NCBI GenBank assembly: GCA_943704425.1
Contig: CALSCP010000519.1
Location: forward strand, 36,677-93,934
Reading direction: 5' to 3'
Origin: Ministeria vibrans ATCC 50519
Taxonomy: Eukaryota; Protista; Filasterea
DNA length: 57,258 nt
The notes below the pieces were generated by a model. That model made no database searches and was not told the origin of the DNA. It saw only the letters and a program-made list of their open reading frames with translations. The translations under genes and the position numbers were made by a program. Below, in pieces: positions 20,137-30,844 of this stretch. The stretch's first letter is position 1. Each line of letters starts with the position of its first letter.

Positions 20137-21054
20137 CTACTGCTTTTTGGAATGAGACGCAAGTTTTGTGCGGCGACGCAAGGAAGTCTTGTGCTTGACT
20201 CGAAAGTCGGACTTGAGCCAGGTGCGCTGCTCCTCCCAGGACCAGCCCCCAAAAGCGGCGCGCACGCCGTCGTCGCCCAGTGGCACTTGCTGGTAGGCAC
20301 ACAACCGACCGTCCAGTGAAATGCGGTTGGCGAGTGCCTCGGTGCGTGTGTGGAAGAAGAAGGTGGACGGAGCGTGCTTGGCAATGTCGGCTTCAGCGTC
20401 GTGGGTGTCGTCGCCGTAGCCGGTCTGCTGTTGGTCATCGTAGTAGGCGGCCGAGTCATCGTAATAGCCCTCTTGGTCGTAGTAGGCATCGGCATCATCC
20501 CCATAGGCATCGGCGTGGCCCTGCGTGTCGTCGTGAGCGGTGTCGCTCGCAGTGGGCAGCTTGAGCGAGAAGGACTCGGCGTTGGCGGGCGCCTCGAAGA
20601 GGGAGCGCAGACTCGAGTGTTCAGTGACAAAGCGAGACGATGCCGACAACTCCTTTTTGCTTTCAGTCGAGGAATCAGCAGAGGATGACGAGGAGGACGA
20701 AGACGACGAAGACGAAGACGACGACGAGGAAGAGGACGAAGACGAGGAGTCCGAGTCTGAGTCTGAGTCCGAGTCCGAGTCTGCGTCGGAATCAGTGCTG
20801 TCAGACTGACTCGTCTGTGTCGTCTTCGCGTTTTCCTTCGCACCACTCGGTGTGGAACTGTCCGCCTCATCTTCTTCGTCGCTGCTGCTCTCCTTATCTT
20901 CCCCACTGTTAGCGTCGCCGTCCTGCGCACTGTCGCCTTTGCCCTCGTCGTCCTCATCCCCACTGCTGCTCGAGTCACTTTCTGCACCACTCACGTCCAT
21001 CGGCGCTTGTCTGTCACTCGCATCGTCGCCACTTTCCTTGAGCTCCTTCTTCAC
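20137..21054 (-). CDS. 3' part of an acidic/Ser-rich protein, probably nucleolar protein 8-like; 5' end in gap
   Basis: Long S/D/E tracts. The C-terminus FFFH...WEEQRTWLKSDFRVKHKTSLRR resembles the NOL8 C-terminal motif as I recall it (FFF..W......L..D.R.KHK). Confidence 0.55.
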   Translation of the reverse strand: MKKELKESGDDASDRQAPMDVSGAESDSSSSGDEDDEGKGDSAQDGDANSGEDKESSSDEEDEADSSTPSGAKENAKTTQTSQSDSTDSDADSDSDSDSDSDSSSSSSSSSSSSSSSSSSSSSSSADSSTESKKELSASSRFVTEHSSLRSLFEAPANAESFSLKLPTASDTAHDDTQGHADAYGDDADAYYDQEGYYDDSAAYYDDQQQTGYGDDTHDAEADIAKHAPSTFFFHTRTEALANRISLDGRLCAYQQVPLGDDGVRAAFGGWSWEEQRTWLKSDFRVKHKTSLRRRTKLASHSKKQ

Positions 21055-22002
21055 NNNNNNNNNNNNNNNNNNNNNNNNNNNNNNNNNNNNNNNNNNNNNN
21101 NNNNNNNNNNNNNNNNNNNNNNNNNNNNNNNNNNNNNNNNNNNNNNNNNNNNNNNNNNNNNNNNNNNNNNNNNNNNNNNNNNNNNNNNNNNNNNNNNNNN
21201 NNNNNNNNNNNNNNNNNNNNNNNNNNNNNNNNNNNNNNNNNNNNNNNNNNNNNNNNNNNNNNNNNNNNNNNNNNNNNNNNNNNNNNNNNNNNNNNNNNNN
21301 NNNNNNNNNNNNNNNNNNNNNNNNNNNNNNNNNNNNNNNNNNNNNNNNNNNNNNNNNNNNNNNNNNNNNNNNNNNNNNNNNNNNNNNNNNNNNNNNNNNN
21401 NNNNNNNNNNNNNNNNNNNNNNNNNNNNNNNNNNNNNNNNNNNNNNNNNNNNNNNNNNNNNNNNNNNNNNNNNNNNNNNNNNNNNNNNNNNNNNNNNNNN
21501 NNNNNNNNNNNNNNNNNNNNNNNNNNNNNNNNNNNNNNNNNNNNNNNNNNNNNNNNNNNNNNNNNNNNNNNNNNNNNNNNNNNNNNNNNNNNNNNNNNNN
21601 NNNNNNNNNNNNNNNNNNNNNNNNNNNNNNNNNNNNNNNNNNNNNNNNNNNNNNNNNNNNNNNNNNNNNNNNNNNNNNNNNNNNNNNNNNNNNNNNNNNN
21701 NNNNNNNNNNNNNNNNNNNNNNNNNNNNNNNNNNNNNNNNNNNNNNNNNNNNNNNNNNNNNNNNNNNNNNNNNNNNNNNNNNNNNNNNNNNNNNNNNNNN
21801 NNNNNNNNNNNNNNNNNNNNNNNNNNNNNNNNNNNNNNNNNNNNNNNNNNNNNNNNNNNNNNNNNNNNNNNNNNNNNNNNNNNNNNNNNNNNNNNNNNNN
21901 NNNNNNNNNNNNNNNNNNNNNNNNNNNNNNNNNNNNNNNNNNNNNNNNNNNNNNNNNNNNNNNNNNNNNNNNNNNNNNNNNNNNNNNNNNNNNNNNNNNN
22001 NN
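21055..22002. other. Assembly gap
   Basis: Run of N. Confidence 1.
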
Positions 22003-22039
22003 TTTTTTTTGTGAATTTCTCCTTCCACTCCTCTTCTAG

Positions 22040-25000
22040 CGATCCAAGAGCAGTGGAAGCTTGAACGGGGAGGCGAGACTGGAGAGCGGGGTGCCGACAT
22101 CGCCCTCGCCCGCGGCCGAGTCCGAGCCGGTACCGTCGTCGTCTCGTCTGAAGAGTATGTTGCGCTCGTTGGGGCGAAGTTTCACGTCGAACACTGACGA
22201 GACAATAATGGATGACACGGTGAATGCGGGCACACCTGCCGACGCTGCTACACGCGCCGTGAGTGCATCGCTTGAGTCCATTGGGCCGCTTGCGGGTGCC
22301 TCGCCGCCCCCGCCTCCGCCTCCGCCGCCACCGCCCTCGTCACGGTCCTTCCCGTCCATCCCACGATTCTTCCGTCGTGACAGTGATGACCTTGCTCTCG
22401 GTGACGCTACTCCTCTCGGAGCGTCGCTTGACGAACAACGTGCCGGTCCCCAACAGGTCTTTCGGTTTTTTGTGCCGTGGCGCAAACAGAACCGCCAGGG
22501 TGGCCAGGACACAATGGCGGGCGCCTCTTCGGATGACGACGTTCTGGTCGAGACTGACCAACGACGACCGCGCCGCAGCTGGCGACCGCGCCTGCCCCGC
22601 CTTGGCACACCCGGAGTTGTCGCAAGCTCACGTGGTGTGTCGGGGGTGAGCGACGATGAATCATTGCGACACCAACCACGACGCCGGAGTGAATCGGCGC
22701 CGCCACCGACTCTGTCTCATCCCATGAATGACGACGAGGACGATGCCGGCGACAGTCGTGCTTGCAACATGGTTGAAGATGGCATGAGCACTGACAATGG
22801 TGGTATTGGAGATGAAGAAGACGACGATGACGAAGGCGAGGAGGAGGAGGAGGAGGAAGACGATAATCACCGCCACGACGATGACGGTGACGAAGACACC
22901 GACGCAGGGATGTCTCCGCTTTCAAACCGTCGGCATATGGAGGGCAATTTATCGCGAACAGATAAAATCCGACGTTTGTCGCAGTCCATCGGACGCTCGC
23001 TTGGACGGCCCTCAGCACCGAAAGGTGGGTCGCTGACGGACGAGCGAATGACAGTGGGACCACCACCACGACGACACGGTCGTGGAACAGAGCGAGCTGC
23101 GAATGCAGGGCGCAGACGCGTGCGCGTGCCGACGGTGGCCATTGACGATGGAGACACGGCCGACGACGAGAACCCGTCGTCGGTGGGACTGTTGGACATG
23201 AGCACGCTGATGCAGGGTCTGCGCCGCATGAAGCCCTCCATGAAGCACGTCAAGGCCTACAAGAAGTATGCCGCGGCGCGTCTGCGCAACTTTGGACAGC
23301 GTGGTGCAGGCGACACTGATGCGGACACGACGGCTGGTGATGTGCCGGGCGGCGACGAGTCGGACCGGGAGACGGCTGCGAGTACAGCAACTACAACAGG
23401 CGTGGCGGATGTCGCTGGGCCATCCACGACGACAAACACCACAACGACCACGGCGACTGCGGCCACCATAGCGACTGTGACACCGCGCACGCGCTCGGCG
23501 CAGGTGGACAAAGGGCCACTGGCACGAATCCGACGACGCATGACCGCCGGGCGTCAGTCCGAGTCTGAGACTGAGACTATCGATGAAGCGGCAGTCTCGA
23601 TGGACTTTTGGGGCTCGAAGGAGGCCGACGAAGAGATTATGGACATTCGTGGGTACTTGGGTGAGTCGCATGTTGACGAGCAGGCCGCTGGCGATGTTGT
23701 GTCGCTCGTGCAGTCGTTGAGCAAAGCCGACGAGAACCGAATGGGGCTGTTGCACCACTCTGAGGACGGGCCTTTCTTTAGCGACGAAGAATTTGACGAC
23801 GATGATGAGGATGAGGATGATGATGAGGATGATGATGATGATGAGGAGGAGGATGACGACGAGGAGGAGGAAGAGAATGAGGAGGAGGAGGAGGAGGAGG
23901 AAGATGACGACGGCGAACTAGAGTTTGAAGTTGATGAAGAGGCGAAAGAGCACAACGCTGAGGGGGTGCGAGAGCATCACAAAGCCACAGCGGCTGCTAC
24001 CGCGTCTTCTACTACAACTACAGCTTTTCCCGAAAAGCGTGCAGGTGACTCGACAACTGGCTCGTCGATTGTGCCGTCAACGACAAGTGTTGCTGCTCAT
24101 TTGTTGTCGTCACGACAGCACAAGCAGGCGAGACGGAAAACGTCATCGCTGCAGAAGAATACGAAGAAAAAGGGTCGCCAGGTGCATGCCGGTGAAACCA
24201 TTCACGAGGAGGGTATGGGAGAGAACGAAGACGATGACAATGACGACGACGATGATGAAGGAGAGCACGGGAGACAGCGACACCACAATAGCATGGACGG
24301 TCGTCGTCTGGGCGACGACGATCTGCTGAGTTTTGTGGGGCACACGGGACACAGTAGTTTTGGGGTGAACAGCAGCATTACAGACTGGGCGTCACTGACG
24401 CGCGAGACTATGCCGCACATGCGTGTTCTGATTGCCACGGTGGGATCGCGTGGGGACATTCAGCCGTTTGTGGCGCTTGGACGGGGTCTTAAGGAGTTTG
24501 GACACGACGTGCGCATCGCCGGATTTGAGGTGTTTCGCTCGTTTGTCGAGCGCAACGGCCTTGAATTCTACCCTTTGGCGGGCGACCCACGCGAACTGAT
24601 GCAGTTGTGTGTGCAGAATGGAATGTGGTCGCCATCGTTTATTGTCGAGGCATTCACACGCTTTCGGCGGTTCTATCGCGACCTATTTCATTCGCTGTGG
24701 TCAGCGTGCACCGAGCCGGCCGCGGGCCACTCGTACTACTGCCCTCATGTTATCATCAGCAATCCGCCTGTGTTTGGACACTATCATGTGGCGCAGGCGC
24801 TGGACGTGCCGCTCATCATCAGCTTCACCATGCCTTGGTCCAAGACACGCGACTTCCCACATCCCATGGTTGCCGACCGGGGTTTTGGAAAGCGCGGCTC
24901 CAAGTACAATCGTCGCACCTACACGCTGCAGGAGAAGGTGGTCTTTCTCGGCATGATGGACGTCATCAACACCTGGCGCAAGGAGCAGCTCCGCCTGCCT

Positions 25001-26829
25001 CCCATCAGGTACGCTGGCACAACGCTCAGCGACACTCCAGAGATTGTCCTCATCACCGCTACTCTTCGTTTTTTTTTTTTTTTTTTTTTTTTTTTACGCG
25101 AGCCATCCATCTTTCTCATCATCATCCTTACGTTAGCTTCTACAAGGGCGCGCACTATTTGCGACTTGCTAAAGTGCCACACATTTACTGTTATTCGCGC
25201 AGTCTGCTTCCCAAGCCACACGACTGGCGTGAACACGTCAAGGTAGGTCGCTTGTTGCCGCGCCATCTCATGTGGCCATCTCATGTGCTGTGTGATGCAG
25301 AATACCCACCACGCAAGTGTTTATCACCAAAATTTCTGTTTTGCATAGGTGACGAATTTCTGGTTCTTGGACGAAGGGAGCAATGAAGAGTTTGTACCTG
25401 GGGCAGAGCTAGCGGCGTTTCTTGCGTGTGGGCCTCCACCGGTGTACATTGGGTTTGGATCGATTGTGGTGGAGCAACCGGAGAGTCTAACGCAGCTGAT
25501 TGTGTCTGCGGTGGAGGCGGCAGGTAAACGGGCGGTGGTGGCGCGGGGTTGGGGCGGCGTGGGCCAGCCAAACCAACCTGACTGTTGCGTGCACTTTTTG
25601 GACTTCTGCCCCCACGACTGGCTCTTCTCGCGCGTCGAAAGCGTCATTCACCACGGCGGTGCAGGCACCCTTGCCGCAGGCCTCCGTGCCGGCCGCCCCA
25701 CCGCCATTGTTGCCTTCTTTGGCGACCAGTTCTTCTGGGGTCCTCTTATTGAGAAAACCAAGGTAAAATTTGTCTATTGTTTTCTATTTCTCTTTGATCA
25801 CTTTCTTTTTGTTTCTATCTCATTTTTACTACTGCTTTGTTTCTCTGTCGCTCTTTGTTTTCTATCTCTCTCTATCACTTTGTTTCTTTCTCTCTCTCTT
25901 CGTTTGTTTCTTTGCTCTCTCTATCACTTTGTTTCTCTCTCTCTTTCTATCTCTCTCTCTTTCTATCGCTCTCTCTTTCTCTCTCGTTTTATCTCTTTGT
26001 TTTTGTTCCTCCTCTTATTGTCATTCCGTTTTACTTTGTTTACTGTCTTTCTCTGTTGCTGAGTCTATTTTTGCGTCTGCGTGTAGGTGGGCGTGTGGAC
26101 ATCGGTGAAGAAGCTGACGTTTCAGTGGCTGGTAGACACGCTGCAGTTTTTGTCGCTGCCGAGCACCCAGGAGAGTGCAACTGCTCTGGGTGCGGAAATC
26201 AACGCCATCAATGGCGTCGAGGAGGCCATTGATGCGTTCCACCAGTTTGTTCCGCCCGAGGTTCAACTTGAAACGTTTTATTTTACGATTGTAAATTAAT
26301 GGCGTAATCAACCTTTGCTTTGCAGATCACTCACTCGGTGGCGTACGAGCGACACTACGAGATGCAACGCAAGTATCCCTTGCGTGGCTGGGTCAAGGCG
26401 ACGCTGAACACTCAGAAGTATTGAATGACACACTGTGTGGCACTTTGAATGAGTACCTTGCTCATGTTGTTGTGTAGGACGGGTCTAACGAGTGTCTCGG
26501 GAGACGGAGACGCATTCACCATGCCTGCACGACATGGATGGCGCTGGGACGGAGATTGGATTGTGGACGACGCTGAGCCCGAGTGGGAACACTCCAAGGA
26601 CTGGCGACTGGAGTTTCATCGTGAGATGCGTATCACGGATCTTGTCCGTCGACGACGAATCAAGCGACGAGTAAGAAAGAATAATAATAATAATATTATT
26701 ATCGTATTTTCATGTTTGTTTGCTCTACAGCGGGTGCGGATTCGAGATGAAATTCTCTGGGCGGAGGAGTCCATGTCGACTGCTGCTTCGGATGATGGCG
26801 ACGTTGCCGAGAAGGTCACGACTGTGTAA
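22040..26829 (+). CDS. Sterol 3-beta-glucosyltransferase-family enzyme (UGT80/Atg26-like) with long disordered acidic N-terminus and C-terminal DysF domain; 5' end may lie in gap
   Basis: RVLIATVGSRGDIQPFVALG..GHDVRIA, IISNPPVFGHYHVAQAL, FTMPWSKTRDFPHP, PPPVYIGFGSIV, PHDWLF..HHGGAGT..FFGDQFFWG. Last exons at 26326-26417, 26478-26670 and 26731-26829. Confidence 0.92.
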
Positions 26830-26922
26830 ATAAATTGAAATCTAATCTGAAACACAACAAGTCAACATAAATAATTATGAATAATAATAATAATAGAATA
26901 GATTTTTTTCCACTCTGTGACT

Positions 26923-29900
26923 ATGGAGATTGAAGAGGATCTGAGCGACGGAAGCGACTCGGGACTCCAAAATGATGATGTGTACCACCCCGTACACCAG
27001 TACAGTGGACTCATCAAGATCAAGGTTTGTTGGTTTCTTCTTTTTTTTTTTTTTTTTTTCAAACCCGCTGTCGTGCCCCGACGAACGCTCCAGCGCTGGC
27101 TCTTTTGGCATGGCCGCGTACGGTGTACACGAGCTATACTCTACGTTGCGGCCGGAATGAGCCTGAGGGCCCCGTCAGCCGTTTGACGCCCCTGCCTTTT
27201 TTTATATTTCGATGAATCCCACAGTGATGACGTAGCCCTGCGCAGGGGGGGCATGCGCGTCTGCTGGCGGCTGTGTGTGCAGTACGGGCCGTGCGGGGCG
27301 GTGCTGTGGTGCGCCGTGGCTGCCCCTGGCGAATGTTTTCGCTGCTGACGATTGAATTTCCTGTCCGCGTCCGCTCCCATCCCCACCGCCCGTCGCTCCT
27401 GCCCGCCCCGCCCCTCCGTGTCCCGCCTGTGCCTTCCAAATGGCGCCGTTCACCCATCCCAGCGCTGCTTCCCCCCAGTCCCTTCGTGAGTTCGCTGTGA
27501 TGAGGTTTGCAACACTCTGGGCTCTTTTTTTTTCTTTTTTTGAAAAAGTGACTGTCCCATTTGAGATTTTTCAAGTTATGCACAAAAGCGCCGCATCTGA
27601 ATCACCCACCCCGCTCCAGGCGAACCTCTGACTGTGCATTTGCTGCTGTGTTTGTGGCGTATCTATAGTTTTTTTCGTTTTTTTTCTATGTCTTTTTTTT
27701 TTTTTTTGAAAAGTTCCATTCGCATCGAACCTGACGTGTCGTTGTCTTTGTCTTGCGTGTGGTCTCTCTGCGTAGGTGCTTGAAGCGTCTGGTCTGAAGA
27801 CAGTAGAGATGCCTGGGGGCGGAAAGCTGAAGGACATCGATCCGTTTGCAGTAGTTCAGGTGAGGAACGAAAGAGAGAGTCAGTTCGCGTTGTCAATGTG
27901 TTTGGTTGCTTGTGTAGATTGACGAAGAGGCCATTGGACAGACGACAGCCAACACGAAGGCGTTTTGTCCGATCTGGAATGAGACGTTTGAGTCGCAAAT
28001 TTCACATGCAAAGACACTTGAGGTGGTTGTGATGCACAAAGGTACAAATTCCGCTTCACTTTGCTCTTTGATTTGGTGTTTTGCCTGTTTTTGTTTCGTG
28101 CCATCTGGTGAATGTCATGAGAGATCACTGTGTATTGACGCTTGCGCGCGCGTGTGTGTGTGTGTGGTTCTTCTTTTTTTAATTAAGGGATTGCACAAAA
28201 GACGTTTGTGGCAAATGTGCAAGTGATGTTACACGAAGTGATTGATCAGGAAAGCGGAAAGAAAGATGCATGGTTGAACCTTGAGCCGGCCGGAAAGGTT
28301 CACGTCGTCGTCACATTTGTACATGAAATGGAGAAGAAAGGTAAGGAAAGAACATTATTTTTGTTTCATCTCATCGCTTTGATGTACCCTTCTTTTTTTG
28401 TTTTTCTTCTTTTTTGTTATTTTTTTTTGTCATGTAGTTTTCAATGCGAACGAGAAGGCGTTTGCCGCGCGACGAGGTGCAGTGCGAAAACGCAAAGTGC
28501 ACGAAGTGAACAGTCACAAGTTTATGGCGCGCTTCTTCCGACAACCGACCTTCTGCTCACACTGCGGCGATTTTATCTGGGGGCTGGGCAAGCAGGGCTA
28601 CCAGTGCCAAGTGTGTCAGCTGGTGGTGCACAAGCGATGCCACGTCAAGACGGTCAGCGTGTGTACGGGCAACAAGAAGAAGGGCGCAGATGCCAACGTG
28701 AGTGCACGCTTCGGCTTCAACATCCCTCACCGCTTCAAGGTCCACACTTACAAGACCCCGTCCTTCTGCGACCACTGCGGCTCTCTCCTCTACGGTATTT
28801 TCCGTCAAGGCATGAAATGTGAAGGTATGAGAATAAGAAAGAAAAGAAGAACAGTTGTAATTTTTTTTTATTGTAAAGCGCCTGCGTGCAAGATGAACGT
28901 ACACAAGCGGTGCATGCACAAGGTGCCCAATTTGTGCGGAGTGAACGAAAAAATGCTGGCGGCGGCGCTCAACGACATGGGCATGACCAGCTCGTCCATC
29001 AACACGTCCAAGGTCAAGACGGGCGGTAGTGTTCCAGGCTCTCCCGGCGACCGCACTTCCTCCACTGCCTCCCTTCCCGTGCAGACCATGGTACGACTTG
29101 CATTGTCAGTGTCGACCCTAACTTTTTCTTTTCTTTTTTCTGTGTGTAGACTGCCCTGAGTGACTCGTCCGGGCGACCCAAATTCTGCATGGACGACTTC
29201 CGATTCCTCAAGGTGCTCGGCAAGGGTTCGTTTGGCAAGGTGTTGCTGGCGGAGCGCAAGGGCACGGACGAGGTGTACGCCATCAAAGTGCTGAAGAAGG
29301 ACATCATTCTTCAAGATGACGACGTCGAGTGCACCAACATTGAGAAGCGCGTCCTCGTCGCCGCCTGCAAGCATCCTTTCCTTTGCGGCCTCCACTCGTG
29401 CTTCCAAAGCGTCGACCGTCTCTTCTTCGTCATGGAGTACATCAACGGTGGTGATCTCATGTTCCAGATCCAGCGTGCTCGCAAGTTTAGCGAAGACCGC
29501 GCTCGCTTCTACGCCGCCGAAATTGTCTCTGCGCTTGCCTTTCTGCATCACCAAGGCATTATGTAAGATGCCTTTGTTTTTGTTGTTGATGTATCCTGTG
29601 TTCCAACGTATTTCCTTGTGTTTTTGTAGCTACCGTGATCTCAAGCTCGACAACGTGTTGCTCGATTGTGTAAGTGACGATGTAATTGGAAACACCGTGA
29701 GCATCTGTTTGACGGAGTGTTGGGAATGGTGTAGGACGGGCATGTGAAGCTGGCAGACTTTGGCATGTGCAAGGAGGGCATTTTGAACTCACAGCTGACC
29801 AACACCTTCTGCGGCACACCCGACTACATTGCACCGGAGATTCTGGAGGAGAAGGACTACGGCTCATCGGTGGACTGGTGGGCTCTGGGAGTGCTGATGT

Positions 29901-30067
29901 ATGAGATGATGGTGGGCCAGCCGCCCTTTGAGGCCGACAACGAAGACGACCTGTTTGAGGCCATTTTGCAGGACGAGGTCCTCTTCCCCGAGTGGCTCTC
30001 CAAGGATGCCATGGGCGTCATCAACGGCGTACGTCAGTCTTTATATCATTGATTTTTTTCTTCTTCT

Positions 30068-30098
<31 letters not shown>

Positions 30099-30580
30099 GT
30101 CATATTCAAAAGTTATAATTATTATTATTATTATATTATTTTATTATTAATTCGTTATTATTGTTTTTTTAGTTTTTGACCAAGAATCTGTCTCATCGAT
30201 TGGGGTGCAACCCCGTGTCGGGTCAGAAGGACATTCGCGCGACAGCATTCTTCAAGAAGATTGACTGGAGGAAACTGGAGGCACGACAGGTTGACCCGCC
30301 TTTCCGACCCAAGATCGTACGTATCCAAACCTCCCGTATCGCTTTGCCTCATGTTTTTTTTTCTTTTTTTTTGTAGAAAAACAAGAAGGATGCGGGCAAC
30401 TTTGACTCGGACTTTACGAACGAACCGGCGGAACTGACGCCCACAGGTAGAGAGAGAGAGAGCGAAGGAGATAGATAGAGAGTCGCACACTGATATGCTG
30501 TTGTAGACCGCGAGACCATCACCAACATCATACAGGAGGAATTTACCGGCTTCTCCTTCACGTGCAGCGGGGCCGTATAA
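26923..30580 (+). CDS. Novel-class protein kinase C (epsilon/eta-like): C2-pseudosubstrate-C1A-C1B-kinase
   Basis: [16 protein letters not shown]2 start. Pseudosubstrate [11 protein letters not shown]. Two C1 domains ([17 protein letters not shown]; [17 protein letters not shown]). [29 protein letters not shown], hydrophobic motif FTGFSF. Confidence 0.96.
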
Positions 30581-30594
30581 CAATATTCTTTATT

Positions 30595-30598
<4 letters not shown>

Positions 30599-30688
<90 letters not shown>
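30599..30688. repeat. (GA)n microsatellite 3' of PKC
   Basis: Seen directly. Confidence 0.95.
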
Positions 30689-30692
<4 letters not shown>

Positions 30693-30844
30693 CCAATACA
30701 TTTAGTGAAGCGATCTTTATTTTGTACTAATCAACACACAATTTTGATTGATGGAGGATTTTTTTTCTTCATCTCACTTTACTTCGTGTGTACACAGTTG
30801 CATGTTTAAAACCCCGCTGGTTCGGTCTCCCTGTTTTCGGTGAT

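Noticed and set aside
27440-27491. Possible alternative first PKC exon (ATG 27440, donor gtgagt 27486)
   Set aside because: The 46-nt exon is phase 1, while the next PKC exon at 27776 is phase 0, so it would be out of frame unless non-coding.
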